NCBI GenBank assembly: GCA_002995645.1
Contig: PUHO01000007.1
Coordinates: forward strand, 1,356-65,355
From: SAR324 cluster bacterium
GTDB lineage: Bacteria > SAR324 > XYD2-FULL-50-16 > HCM1
Length of the DNA: 64,000 nucleotides
Direction: 5' to 3'
Shown: positions 9,181 through 18,779 of the stretch, piece by piece
How positions within the stretch are numbered: the stretch's first letter is position 1
Layout of the letters: each line of letters begins with the position of its first letter
Translations under genes and position numbers: made by a program
The notes under the pieces: model-generated
Told to the model about the DNA's origin: nothing
Database searches by the model: none
The model's input: only the letters and a program-made list of their open reading frames with translations

Positions 9181-10310
9181 GGCGCGTCAGGCAAGGGATC
9201 GGCAATTTGATAGGCGTGCAAAAAAAGAAAGAGGGTAAGTAAAAAATAATGTAGCCGGTACTTTTATAGCGTCAGGCAAAGATGTGGCGGGCTTCCTCTC
9301 AATGGGCGTTTGTCTTACTTCTTCGTACTTTTAGAGCGTTAGGCAAGGGAACGGCAATTTGATAGGCGTGCATAAAAAGAAAGCGGTTAAGTAAAAGAAT
9401 AATGTAACCGGTACTTTTAGAGCGTCAGGCAAGAGCTCGGCGATCTTCCTCTCAATGGGCGTTTGTCTTACCTCTTCGTACTTTTAGAGCGTCAGGCAAG
9501 GACTCGGCGCTCTTAGAGGCGTACGAAATGACAGCAAAAGCAGTAGTAAAAAAAGCTATAGAATTGATAGCAGTGCATAAAAAAGAAAGAGGGTAAGAAA
9601 AAAAAATAATGTAGCCGGTACTTTTAGAGCGTCAGGCAAGGGATCGGCGGTCTTCCTCTCAATGGGCATTTGTCTTACCTCTTCGTACTTTTAGAGCGTT
9701 AGGCAAGAGCTCGGCAATGTGATAGCAGTGCAAAAAAAGAAAGAGGGTAAAAAAAAAATAATGTAGCCGGTACTTTTAGAGCATCAGGCAAGGGCTCGGC
9801 AGTCTTCCTCTCAATGGGCGTTTGTCTTACCTCTTCTTACTTTTGGATCGTTAGGCAAAGACGCGGCAGTCTTATAGGCGTGCATAAAAAGAAAGAGGGT
9901 AAGAAAAAAAAATAATGTAACCGGTACTTTTAGAGCGTCAGGCAAGGGCTCGGCAATTTGATAGCAGTGCAAAAAAAGAAAGAGGGTAAGTAAAAGAATA
10001 ATGTAGCCGGTACTTTTAGAGTGTCAGGCAAGGGCTTGGCGGGCTTCCTCTCAATGGGCGTTTGTCTTACCTCTTCGTACTTTTAGAGCGTTAGGCAAGG
10101 GATCTGCAATTTGATAGGCGTGCATAAAAAGAAAGCGGTTAAGTAAAAGAATAATGTAGCCGGTACTTTTAGAGCGTCAGGCAAGGGATCGGCGATCTTC
10201 CTCTCAATGGGCGTTTGTCTTACCTCTTCGTACTTTTAGAGCGTCAGGCAAGGGATCGGTAATTTGATAGGCGTGCAAAAAAAGAAAGAGGGTAAATAAA
10301 AAAAAATAAT
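9181..10310. repeat. tandem array A: ~31-bp core GTACTTTTAGAGCGTCAGGCAAGGGATCGGC repeated ~14x with alternating 67/86-bp spacing (compound ~153-bp unit)
   Basis: Core copies start at 9258, 9325, 9411, 9478, 9618, 9685, 9770, ~9836, 9924, 10010, 10077, 10163 and 10230, plus a partial copy at 9181. The two intervening segments are themselves conserved (..CTTCCTCTCAATGGGCGTTTGTCTTACCTCTTC and ..AATTTGATAGGCGTGCAAAAAAAGAAAGAGGGTAAG..AATAATGTAGCCG). One divergent insertion lies at ~9510-9600. Confidence 0.9.
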
Positions 10311-10318
10311 TTATTACA

Positions 10319-10347
10319 TTGACAAAACTATTTTTATAAGATATAAA
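10319..10347 (+). promoter_or_regulatory. near-consensus sigma70 promoter for tRNA copy 1 (TTGACA-17-TATAAA)
   Basis: TTGACA at 10319-10324, exactly 17-bp spacer, TATAAA at 10342-10347. The tRNA 5' end at 10360 is 13 nt downstream. An A-rich tract lies upstream. Confidence 0.7.
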
Positions 10348-10359
10348 ATAAAAAAATAT

Positions 10360-10436
10360 GGCGAAGTAGCTCAGCTGGCTAGAGCGTACGACTCATAATC
10401 GTAAGGTCGGGAGTTCGACCCTCCCCTTCGCTACCA
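10360..10436 (+). tRNA. tRNA with CAT anticodon (elongator Met, or Ile2 if lysidine-modified), CCA encoded
   Basis: Hand-folded 77-nt cloverleaf. Acceptor is GGCGAAG/CTTCGCT with G1.U72. D stem is GCTC/GAGC. Anticodon stem is TACGA/TCGTA with loop CTCATAA. T arm is GGGAG-TTCGACC-CTCCC, followed by A-CCA. It lacks the initiator hallmarks (no C1xA72, no 3 G-C pairs in the anticodon stem). Confidence 0.9.
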
Positions 10437-10441
10437 ATTTT

Positions 10442-11240
10442 CTTGCCCTCAAATCCCTTAAATTTTATAAGCATAGCCCTTGCTATGAAAACTATTGCTT
10501 GTTACTCGTAGCCAACTGTGACTATGACAACAAGGCTATAATAAAAATAAAACTTGCCTTAAACTCCTTTAATTTCATAAACATAGCCCATACTATGGCA
10601 ACTATTGCTTATTACTCGTAGCCAACTTTGACTATGACAACAAGGAAATAATAAAAATCTAACTTACCTTAAATCCCTTTTAATTTCAAAAACATAGCCC
10701 TTGCTATGGTAACTACTGCTTGCTACTTGTAGCCAACTTTGACTATGACAACAAGAAAATAATAAAAATAAAACTTGCCTCAAATCCCTTTAATTTCATA
10801 AACATAGCCCCTACTATGACAACTACTGCTTATTACTCGTAGCCAACTTTGACTATGACAACAAAGAAATAATAAAAATAAAACTTGCCTTAAATCCCTT
10901 ATAATTTCATAAGTATAGCCCCTACTATGACAACTATTGCTTGTTACTCTTAGCCAACTTTGACTATGACAACAAAGAAATAATAAAAATATAACTTGCC
11001 TCAAATCCCTTATTATTTCATAAACATAGCCCCTACTATGACAACTATTGCTTGCTACTTGTAGCCAACTTTGACCATGACAACTATTACTCGTAGCTAA
11101 CTTTGGCTATTGCAATAAGGAAAAAACTAGGCTATAATAAAAATATAACTTGCCTTGCTTTCGCAAATCCCTTATAATTTTATAAACATACCCCCTGTTA
11201 TGGTAATTATTACCTGTTATCTTAGTTATATAAAGTAAAT
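10442..11240. repeat. tandem array B: six 110/111-bp units plus a degenerate seventh, filling the gap between the two tRNA genes
   Basis: Unit starts (CTTGCCT/CTTACCT) are at 10442, 10553, 10663, 10774, 10884, 10995 and 11149. Each unit has a CATAGCCCCTACTATG mini-hairpin and two ACTATGACAAC-like direct repeats. The sequence 3' of tRNA copy 2 is a degenerate copy of the same unit. Confidence 0.9.
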
Positions 11241-11242
11241 AG

Positions 11243-11319
11243 GGCGAAGTAGCTCAGCTGGCTGGAGCGTACGACTCATAATCGTAAGGTCGGGAGTTCG
11301 ATCCTCCCCTTCGCTACCA
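11243..11319 (+). tRNA. second tRNA(CAT) copy, 2 nt different from copy 1
   Basis: Same cloverleaf as copy 1. The differences are A to G at the last D-loop position (GCTGGAGC) and C to T in the T loop (TTCGATC). CCA is encoded. Confidence 0.88.
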
Positions 11320-11553
11320 ATTTTATTTTCCTTGATTACCTTTAATTTTATATAGATAGCTTGTCGTTACATGATAACTATTGCCTATTTTTTGCTTCCC
11401 CTTTGTTGCTCGTGTTATAAATAAAATTTTGTTATTATATTTTTTAATTAAATCAATTTGATAACTAAATTGATAGTGTAAAATTCTAGCTTGCATTACT
11501 TGCTGTAATGTAGTAATATACAAAATCATACGTATATTTATATTTATTTCACT

Positions 11554-12009
11554 ATGTTAGAACAAAACGCAATTCACGTTGAATTATCATCAACTGCTCT
11601 TTCTATGGATAAAGCGCTTGCGTTCGTTCAAACAGAAGAATACGGCGGCATTGCTAGCTTTATTGGCACAGTAAGAAACCAAAATGAAAATAAAGAAGTC
11701 GAATCGCTTTTTTATGAAGCACACACAAGCTTAGCCCAAAATACGTTAATGGAAATAGCAAACGAAGCGCGTAGCAAATTCTTTCCTGCAAAAGGGAAAA
11801 TATGGATTTCTCATGCACTTGGTAAACTCGCATTAGGCGATAAAGCCGTTATTGTTGCAGTGGCGACAAAGCACCGCGCCGCATGTATGCAAGCTTGCCA
11901 ATATATTATAGAAGAATTAAAACAACGCGCGCCTATTTGGAAACAAGAAAACTACACAAAAGGAGATCAACAATGGCTAGATGGAAAAAGTATTATACCT
12001 ACAGTATAA
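11554..12009 (+). CDS. moaE: molybdopterin synthase catalytic subunit
   Basis: 151 aa. The GGIASFIGTVRN ... YEAH ... ALGD..V.VAV...HR..A..A..YIIEELK..APIWK pattern is typical of MoaE. Confidence 0.85.
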   Translation: MLEQNAIHVELSSTALSMDKALAFVQTEEYGGIASFIGTVRNQNENKEVESLFYEAHTSLAQNTLMEIANEARSKFFPAKGKIWISHALGKLALGDKAVIVAVATKHRAACMQACQYIIEELKQRAPIWKQENYTKGDQQWLDGKSIIPTV

Positions 12010-12698
12010 AATCGCTTTTAGCTCTTTTTTTATTTTGCCACTTCGCTAACGTTGGCTTTGCAAAAGACCTGCACATAGCCGTTGCTTCTAGCTTTTATCA
12101 AACTGCTTCTTTATTAGCCGATGCGTTTCAAAAACAAACGCATATCAAAAGCTCTGTTGTTTTTGCTTCTTCTGGCGTTTTAGTGACAAGATACAAACAA
12201 GGCGCGGACTATGACCTTTTGCTTGTGGCTAATCCGGCGTACCTTAAGAAAATAACTTTTTCTGCTAAAGCTTTAGTTGCTCAAGATCAAGTTGCTTATT
12301 GGAAAGTTGATTCGAAAGTAAAAATTAATTGGGATCAAATGGTTGCGAACTTACAAACAGCACCGGTTGCCTTAGCAAATACAGTCACTGCGCCTTTTGG
12401 TGAGTTTACAAAAAACTTCCTTACACAAAAGCATATTAAAACAAAAAAACAAACTTTAGGAATGAACGAACAAATGACCTATATGCTGGTGAGTAAGAAC
12501 ATGGTAAGTCAAGGGTTTGTTTCTGCTGCGCGGTTAACGAATAAAAAAATAAATAAAGATCATTGGATTACTTTGCCTGTTTATATCCCGCTATGGATTG
12601 CCGTTTTACATCAAAGTAAAGAAGAGGCAAAATACCTTGCTTTTTTGAAAACAAAAACAGCAAAGCAAATTTTGAAAAAACAAGGTTATCAACATTAA
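11973..12698 (+). CDS. modA: molybdate ABC transporter substrate-binding protein
   Basis: The ORF-track frame 11883..12698 is trimmed to the ATG at 11973 (MARWKKYYTYSIKSLLALFLFCHFANVGFA signal peptide). The mature part starts KDLHIAVASSF.., typical of ModA. It overlaps the moaE 3' end. Confidence 0.75.
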   Translation: MARWKKYYTYSIKSLLALFLFCHFANVGFAKDLHIAVASSFYQTASLLADAFQKQTHIKSSVVFASSGVLVTRYKQGADYDLLLVANPAYLKKITFSAKALVAQDQVAYWKVDSKVKINWDQMVANLQTAPVALANTVTAPFGEFTKNFLTQKHIKTKKQTLGMNEQMTYMLVSKNMVSQGFVSAARLTNKKINKDHWITLPVYIPLWIAVLHQSKEEAKYLAFLKTKTAKQILKKQGYQH

Positions 12699-12737
12699 TA
12701 GCGCGGGAAAAACAAGAATGAAGCAAAATAAAGAGAA

Positions 12738-13391
12738 ATGGAAAGCTTTCTAGTTGCCTTATGGCTTTCTTGTAAACTCGCTTTTGTGAGTAGTGCGCTG
12801 CTTAGTGTTATATGCATTCCTCTTGGCTTGTGGTTAGTTTATCCGTCTCGTTGGTGGAAAGAAGCGTTGTTCCTTGTGCTTTCTTTGCCTATGATTTTGC
12901 CACCGACTGTAATCGGTTTCTATTTGCTTCTTTTGTTTGGTAAAGGCGGGTTGTTGGCACCGTTTCATTTTGCGTTTACCTTCCAAGGCATGGTGATTGG
13001 TATGACGATTTTTTCATTGCCGTTTTTTTTGCAAACTTGGGTTTATGCACTCAAACGAATGCAAAGCTGGTATTATGAAGTTTTTTTTCTTGAAGGCGGA
13101 AAATGGATAGGGCTTTTATGTTATATTTGCGTTCCTGCTTTTATATTAGATATGATTGGCGGCTTTATTCTTGCCTTTATTCATGGGATTGGTGAATTTG
13201 GTATGGTGTTTATGGTCGGCGGTGCCATTGCTGGCGAAACAAAAACCGCATCTATCGCCATATTTGAAAAAGTAGCCTTGTTAGATTACAAAGCGGCGCA
13301 TTTGTATTCTTTCATTTTAATTTTAACTACCTTTACTTTACTGATTATCGTTAAATTACTTTTTGAAAAAAGAAAAATACAAACTATTTAA
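12738..13391 (+). CDS. modB: molybdate ABC transporter permease
   Basis: 217 aa with about 5 TM segments. The MetI-like permease core (LPPTVIGFYLL.., EFGMVFMVGG) and position after modA support the call. Confidence 0.8.
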   Translation: MESFLVALWLSCKLAFVSSALLSVICIPLGLWLVYPSRWWKEALFLVLSLPMILPPTVIGFYLLLLFGKGGLLAPFHFAFTFQGMVIGMTIFSLPFFLQTWVYALKRMQSWYYEVFFLEGGKWIGLLCYICVPAFILDMIGGFILAFIHGIGEFGMVFMVGGAIAGETKTASIAIFEKVALLDYKAAHLYSFILILTTFTLLIIVKLLFEKRKIQTI

Positions 13392-13404
13392 TTAATGTAA
13401 AACA

Positions 13405-14634
13405 ATGATTACATACCAAGAAGCAATACAAAAACTGCTAAACGAAGCAGATCGAACATTAGAATCGCAGTTGCTAGATTGGAAAGACGCGCAACGAAGG
13501 ATAGTAGCAAAAGATTGTTATGCACAAATAGACTCGCCGCCGTTTTCTAATGCGGCAATGGACGGGTATGCAGTGCAAGCAAAGAAGCTAGCAAACGCAA
13601 GCAAAGCAAAGCCGGTTATCCTTACAGTGGGGCAAGCTGTTTTTGCAGGTGATACAAAGGAAAATGAAAGCAATGCCGACGCAATTCCCATTATGACAGG
13701 GGCGAAAGTCCCTAAAGGATACGATAGTGTGGTTCGTATAGAAGATACAAAACAAAGGGAGGATTCGCAAGTCGCGTTTTTCACAAAAGTAAAACCAGGT
13801 GAAAACAAGCGCGATAAAGGAACTGATTTTAAACGTGACAGTTTGATACTCAAAAAAGGGGAAGAAGTAACGCCGTTTAACACGCTAAGCGCTATTGCCG
13901 CCGGTATTCGCCAAGTAGAGGTATGGAAAAAAATACGTATAGGACTTGTTGCTACAGGTGATGAAATTGAGTCGGTTACTAACAGCAAACCTTTAACAGA
14001 CGGGCAAATTTACGATAGCAATATGCCGGCGCTCCAAGCGTACCTAGAGGCGCAAGGTTGCGAGGTGGTTCATGTTGGTAAAATTAAAGACTTGCCTAGC
14101 TTATTAGAAACAAAAATACGGTACTTTACACAACAAGAAATAGATATTATAATAACTATAGGTGCGGTTTCTAAAGGTGCAAAAGACTTTATTCCAAGCG
14201 TATTTGAAGCGCAAGGGGCAACTTGTTTGTTTCACAGAGTGGCGATTCGTCCGGGTAAGCCAATATACGCCGGTCTAATGAGAAAAGACAAGCCTATTTT
14301 ATGTTTAGGTTTTCCAGGAAATCCGATTTCTTCGCTAGTTGCCGCCCGTTTTTTCTTGTATCCTTATATACGGCACATACAAGGACTAGCACAAGAAAAG
14401 CCGTTTATTGCTAAGTCGGTTAATTCGTTTCAACGAAAAAATAACCGGTTACGGTATTTCTTAAAAGCAAAGTACGTGGCAACACAAGGAGGCAATATAG
14501 AAGTTAAGATTTTAGACGGACAGGAATCCTATAAAAGTTATCCACTAGTGCAAGCTAATTGTTGGGTGATGGTGCAAGAAGATAAACAAAGCATACAAGA
14601 AGGCGAGCTTGTGACTTGCTATTTAATGTCGTAA
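13405..14634 (+). CDS. moeA: molybdopterin molybdenumtransferase
   Basis: 409 aa. Motifs SPPFSNAAMDGYAV, IMTGA.VP, ATGDE, IYDSN, GAVSKG..DF and VAIRPGKP are characteristic of MoeA/gephyrin E domains. Confidence 0.9.
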   Translation: MITYQEAIQKLLNEADRTLESQLLDWKDAQRRIVAKDCYAQIDSPPFSNAAMDGYAVQAKKLANASKAKPVILTVGQAVFAGDTKENESNADAIPIMTGAKVPKGYDSVVRIEDTKQREDSQVAFFTKVKPGENKRDKGTDFKRDSLILKKGEEVTPFNTLSAIAAGIRQVEVWKKIRIGLVATGDEIESVTNSKPLTDGQIYDSNMPALQAYLEAQGCEVVHVGKIKDLPSLLETKIRYFTQQEIDIIITIGAVSKGAKDFIPSVFEAQGATCLFHRVAIRPGKPIYAGLMRKDKPILCLGFPGNPISSLVAARFFLYPYIRHIQGLAQEKPFIAKSVNSFQRKNNRLRYFLKAKYVATQGGNIEVKILDGQESYKSYPLVQANCWVMVQEDKQSIQEGELVTCYLMS

Positions 14635-14638
14635 ACAA

Positions 14639-15229
14639 ATGCAAAACATAGGTATTGTGTTAGGTGGTGGGAAAAGTTCCCGTATGCAACGAGATAAATT
14701 AACTTTGTCTTGGGATAATACGACGCTTTGGCAACATGCAGAAGCAAAATTGCATAAAGCCAATATGGAAAAGGTATATATAAGCACGCCAAAACAGGTT
14801 ACTTTGCCGCCAAGTGCCAACGTGCTTTACGACGTAACAAAGAACGCCGGTCCTATTGGGGCAGTGCAAGCTGTGTGTGCTAAATACCAAACGCAAGAAG
14901 AGCTGAATATAACGGTGTTACCTGTGGATATGCCTTATATTGAAACGAATTTTCTTTTGTCGTTAAAGAAAAAACTAGACTTGGTAACTGACGGCAATGC
15001 GGTTAGTGTGGAAAATTTTTATTTTCCTTGTATATTACATATGAATAGCCAGTCAAAAAAAAAGATAACTTCGTTTATTGGAAAACCGTGGCATAGCTTT
15101 TTGCAAGCTTTATCTGTTCACTACCTTCCATTGACAAAGCAAGAAGAAGAAAAGTTTTTAAATATAAACCATTTAGCAGATTATATATTTTTATATAAAG
15201 GAAAGGTACATGATAAAATTAATCCTTGA
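14639..15229 (+). CDS. mobA: molybdenum cofactor guanylyltransferase
   Basis: 196 aa. It has the N-terminal GIVLGGGKSSRM nucleotide-binding motif, GPIGA and LPVDMP motifs. It follows moeA by 4 nt. Confidence 0.8.
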   Translation: MQNIGIVLGGGKSSRMQRDKLTLSWDNTTLWQHAEAKLHKANMEKVYISTPKQVTLPPSANVLYDVTKNAGPIGAVQAVCAKYQTQEELNITVLPVDMPYIETNFLLSLKKKLDLVTDGNAVSVENFYFPCILHMNSQSKKKITSFIGKPWHSFLQALSVHYLPLTKQEEEKFLNINHLADYIFLYKGKVHDKINP

Positions 15230-15527
15230 GGAAAATAAAATACGAATACGTTTACTTCCGGAAGATGCGGACGCTTTACTTAACGAGCAAATACTAACAA
15301 GAAAACTATTTTTGCCAAGTGGGCAAGAATTGACAATAGAAGTATCACCATGTAAGTTTCCAAAACCAATAGAAGAAAAAGAAGGGATAATCCGTGTTTT
15401 TGTTGATTTTATGCAACTACAAGAATTACAAGTACCGTCTAAGAAAGGGGTTTTACTCACAAAGACGCCAGTTGATATTTTTATAGAAATAGACATGAAA
15501 CAACGTAAACCGGATCAAGGTAAATAG
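15210..15527 (+). CDS. hypothetical protein between mobA and napD
   Basis: 105 aa with a good SD (AAAGGAAAGG). It overlaps the mobA 3' end by 20 nt and stops 1 nt before napD. I recognise no motif. Confidence 0.45.
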   Translation: MIKLILEENKIRIRLLPEDADALLNEQILTRKLFLPSGQELTIEVSPCKFPKPIEEKEGIIRVFVDFMQLQELQVPSKKGVLLTKTPVDIFIEIDMKQRKPDQGK

Positions 15528-15528
15528 T

Positions 15529-15777
15529 ATGAGTATTATGGGCGCGTTAATCCAAGTAAAAGAAGAAGGAAAAGAACAAATTAGGACTTTTCTAGAAACG
15601 CAAATTAATGTTAAGATACTAGGAGAGAACGATAAACATGAAATGGCTATTGTTATAAACGAACCAAATGAAAATATATTTTTGCAAACAATAGAAAGTA
15701 TAAACGCGCAAGAGCACATTATTGCGTTTAATTACACAGAACATTATAGTGAAGACGCTGTACAAGAAGAATCATGA
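15529..15777 (+). CDS. napD: NapA-specific chaperone NapD
   Basis: 82 aa. FLQTIESINAQEHIIAFNYTEHY parallels E. coli NapD LIQTIESVRNVEGVLAVSLVYHQ. It lies immediately upstream of napA. Confidence 0.7.
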   Translation: MSIMGALIQVKEEGKEQIRTFLETQINVKILGENDKHEMAIVINEPNENIFLQTIESINAQEHIIAFNYTEHYSEDAVQEES

Positions 15778-15809
15778 TCATTAATGTTTATTTTTTAACG
15801 AGATAGAAT

Positions 15810-18317
15810 ATGAAAAGAAGAGAATTTTTAGAAGGGTTAGCAAGTGCTTCTGCTTTAGCCGCATTATCTTCGGGATTGGCTAAACCGGCCATTGCGGCAA
15901 CACAATATAAGAGTCGGTATACCGATAGAAATTTAAGATGGGATAAAGCAGTATGTCGTTTTTGCGGAACCGGTTGCGGCGTTATGGTTGGCGTAAGACG
16001 TAACAAAGTAGTAGCAACAAAAGGCGATGCTAAAAATCCGGTGAATCGTGGTATGACTTGCATTAAAGGCTATTTCTTGTCTCACATTTTATACGGTAAA
16101 GACAGATTGACTTCGCCCTTGCTTCGTATGAAAAACGGGCAATATGACAAGAACGGTGAATTTGAACCGGTTTCATGGGATAAAGCACTAGACTTAATGG
16201 CGGAAAAATTCATTGAAGCCATACAAAAGAAAGGACCTACTTCAGTCGGCATGTTTGGTTCCGGACAATGGACTATTTTTGAAGGATATGCGGCGGTTAA
16301 GTTAATGAAAGCCGGTTTTTTATCTAATAACATTGATCCGAATGCAAGGCATTGTATGGCGTCGGCAGTTGCCGCCTTTGTTCGTACTTTTGGTGCAGAT
16401 GAACCAATGGGGAACTATAAAGATTTTGAAGAAGGTGAAAACTTTGTTCTTTGGGGATCTAATATGGCGGAAATGCACCCTATATTATGGTCAAGAATAG
16501 CGCATACTCGTATGAGTAAACCAAATAGCTCAGTACACGTTCTTTCAACTTATCGCCACCGTTGTTTTGATTTGTCTGATAACGATATTATTTTTAAACC
16601 GCAAAGTGACCTTGTGATTGCTAATTATATTGCTAATTATATTATCAAAAGTGATAAAGTAAATAGCGACTTTATTTCAAATCATACTACGTTTAAAAAA
16701 GTAACTACTGATATAGGTTACGGGTTAAGACCAACGCACTTGCTAGAAAAAAAAGCAAAAAATCCTGGCAACGGCGCTATGCATGATATTGACTTTGAAG
16801 AATATAAAAAACATGTGTCTACTTATACGCTAGAAAAAACGGCGGCTTTTACAGGCGTACCGGAGAAGAGATTACAAAAGCTAGCTGAACTATATGCGGA
16901 TCCAACAAAAAAAGTCGTATCTTTATGGACAATGGGCGTGAATCAACACGTACGCGGAACGTGGATGAATCATTTAATCTATAATTTACATTTATTGACC
17001 GGCAAGATTTCTATGCCCGGGAATAATCCTTTTTCTTTAACAGGACAACCGTCTGCTTGTGGAACGGCAAGGGAAGTAGGCACGTTTGCACATCGCTTGC
17101 CTGCTGATTTAGTTGTAGCAAATCCGGCACATAGAGCTGTTGCCGAAAAGATTTGGAAACTGCCTAAAGGTGCGGTTAATCCTAAAGTAGGCTATCATGC
17201 TGTGTTGCAAAGTCGTATGTTAAAAGACGGCAAGCTAAACGTATATTGGTCCATGTGTAACAACAATATGCAAGCCGCGCCGAACATGGATAAAGAAACC
17301 TACCCTGGTTGGCGTAATCCGGAAGCATTTGTTATTGTATCCGATCCTTATCCTACTGTGTCCGCTATGGCGGCAGATTTGATTTTGCCAACTGCAATGT
17401 GGGTGGAAAAAGAAGGGGCTTACGGTAATGCTGAGAGACGAACTCAATTTTGGTATCAACAAGTTGCACCGAATAAGAACGTTAAGTCCGATTTATGGCA
17501 AATTATATCTTTAGCAAAACGTATTCCTGTTGCTAAAATTTGGTCAAAAGAATTATTAGCGCAAAAGCCGGCGTATCAAGATAAAACCTTATATGATATT
17601 TTATTTGCAAACGGACAAGTGAATAAATACCCACTTTCAAAAGCAAGTAAGCATGCCGGTAATCATGAAGCGGAAGCCTTTGGTTATTATGTACAAAAAG
17701 GATTGTTTGAAGAATATAGACGTTTTCAACAAGAAGGACCTAAAACAGGACATGAACAAGCGCCTTTTGATGAGTATATGAAAGTAAGAGGTCTTGTTTG
17801 GCCATATATTAACGGGAAAGAAGTTTTTTGGCGTTATAGAGAAAATTACGATCCAATGGTGAAAGAAGGGCAAAACCTGGCGTTTTATGGTAATCCAGAT
17901 AAAAAAGCAAGAATTGTGTTTGCACCGTACGAACCGGCAGCAGAAGAACCGAATGCAGAATATCCTATTTGGTTAACTACCGGAAGGGTGCTTGAACATT
18001 GGCATACAGGAAGTATGACTCAACGAGTGCCGGAGCTATTCCAAGCCATGCCAAGAGCTGTTCTTTATCTTAATATTAACGATGCGTTAAAATATAAATT
18101 ACACAGAGGCGAAGCAGTTCGCATTAGCTCTAGACGTGGATCTATTCAAGCAGTTGTGGAGACGCACGGAAGAAATAAAATGCCACAAGGCGTTGCTATG
18201 ATGCCGTTTTTTGATGCTAAACATTTAGTGAATAAACTAGTGTTAGACGCAACGGACCCTATTTCTAAAGAAACGGATTTTAAGAAAGTAGCTATTAAAA
18301 TAGAAAAAATAAATTAA
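15810..18317 (+). CDS. napA: periplasmic nitrate reductase catalytic subunit
   Basis: 835 aa. It has a twin-arginine signal ([30 protein letters not shown]) and an N-terminal 4Fe-4S motif CRFCGTGCG...C. Mo-bisMGD enzyme blocks run throughout ([35 protein letters not shown]). Confidence 0.97.
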   Translation: MKRREFLEGLASASALAALSSGLAKPAIAATQYKSRYTDRNLRWDKAVCRFCGTGCGVMVGVRRNKVVATKGDAKNPVNRGMTCIKGYFLSHILYGKDRLTSPLLRMKNGQYDKNGEFEPVSWDKALDLMAEKFIEAIQKKGPTSVGMFGSGQWTIFEGYAAVKLMKAGFLSNNIDPNARHCMASAVAAFVRTFGADEPMGNYKDFEEGENFVLWGSNMAEMHPILWSRIAHTRMSKPNSSVHVLSTYRHRCFDLSDNDIIFKPQSDLVIANYIANYIIKSDKVNSDFISNHTTFKKVTTDIGYGLRPTHLLEKKAKNPGNGAMHDIDFEEYKKHVSTYTLEKTAAFTGVPEKRLQKLAELYADPTKKVVSLWTMGVNQHVRGTWMNHLIYNLHLLTGKISMPGNNPFSLTGQPSACGTAREVGTFAHRLPADLVVANPAHRAVAEKIWKLPKGAVNPKVGYHAVLQSRMLKDGKLNVYWSMCNNNMQAAPNMDKETYPGWRNPEAFVIVSDPYPTVSAMAADLILPTAMWVEKEGAYGNAERRTQFWYQQVAPNKNVKSDLWQIISLAKRIPVAKIWSKELLAQKPAYQDKTLYDILFANGQVNKYPLSKASKHAGNHEAEAFGYYVQKGLFEEYRRFQQEGPKTGHEQAPFDEYMKVRGLVWPYINGKEVFWRYRENYDPMVKEGQNLAFYGNPDKKARIVFAPYEPAAEEPNAEYPIWLTTGRVLEHWHTGSMTQRVPELFQAMPRAVLYLNINDALKYKLHRGEAVRISSRRGSIQAVVETHGRNKMPQGVAMMPFFDAKHLVNKLVLDATDPISKETDFKKVAIKIEKIN

Positions 18318-18332
18318 CTATATAGGATTATT

Positions 18333-18758
18333 ATGAAATATACAATTATGTTAATAGCAAGTGCGCTATGTTTTTCTAGTAGTAGCCTTTTTGCTTCGCA
18401 ACCTATGTCTTTGCGAGGTAATACGAAAATTACAGAAGAAAAAGAAGCAAAAGTCGTTTTTATGGGAGTGCAAAGCGACAAAGATAAATTTCGCCGTACT
18501 TTGCACCAAGCGCCTATGATTCCTCATCCCATAGATCACTATGTTATAACAAAAGCTAAAAATAGTTGTTTAGTTTGTCATGCAAAAGCAAAAAGTCAAG
18601 TGTCACCGGAAGAGATTAAAAAAGGTGCCGTGTTTTTTTCAGATACCCATTTGTTGAATCGTGATAACGAGCAAAAAGTGTTATTAGATAATCGTTGGTA
18701 TTTTTGCAATCAATGCCATGCAATACAACATAATACTGAAAAATTACAAAAAAAATAA
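18333..18758 (+). CDS. napB: periplasmic nitrate reductase dihaem cytochrome c subunit
   Basis: 141 aa with a signal peptide and two CxxCH motifs (CLVCH, CNQCH). It lies directly after napA. Confidence 0.85.
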   Translation: MKYTIMLIASALCFSSSSLFASQPMSLRGNTKITEEKEAKVVFMGVQSDKDKFRRTLHQAPMIPHPIDHYVITKAKNSCLVCHAKAKSQVSPEEIKKGAVFFSDTHLLNRDNEQKVLLDNRWYFCNQCHAIQHNTEKLQKK

Positions 18759-18779
18759 TTATATTTTAAGGTAGTACAA

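Noticed and set aside
9181-10310. A possible CRISPR array: ~31-bp direct repeats at regular spacing.
   Set aside because: The intervening 'spacers' fall into just two conserved sequence classes that alternate (36 and 55 bp). They are not unique spacers. No cas genes or leader are present in the window. It is a compound tandem satellite.
10780-11004. A 74-aa minus-strand ORF spanning two units of array B.
   Set aside because: It starts at a TTG. It stays open only where two consecutive units happen to sum to a multiple of 3 (period 111 versus 110 breaks the frame elsewhere). The peptide is simply a translated repeat.
11320-11553. A Moco riboswitch or FNR/ModE site upstream of moaE. The region contains ATCAATTT-N7-AAATTGAT and CATTAC-N5-GTAATG inverted repeats.
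   Set aside because: I cannot recognise the conserved Moco-motif core in this very AT-rich leader. The palindromes do not match the FNR (TTGAT-N4-ATCAA) or ModE consensus. They are noted only as unexplained inverted repeats.
11883-11972. The upstream extension of modA overlapping moaE by 127 nt.
   Set aside because: The extension (MYASLPIYYRRIKTTRAYLETRKLHKRRST) is an out-of-frame read of the moaE 3' end. A signal-peptide-bearing start at 11973 gives a normal ModA precursor.
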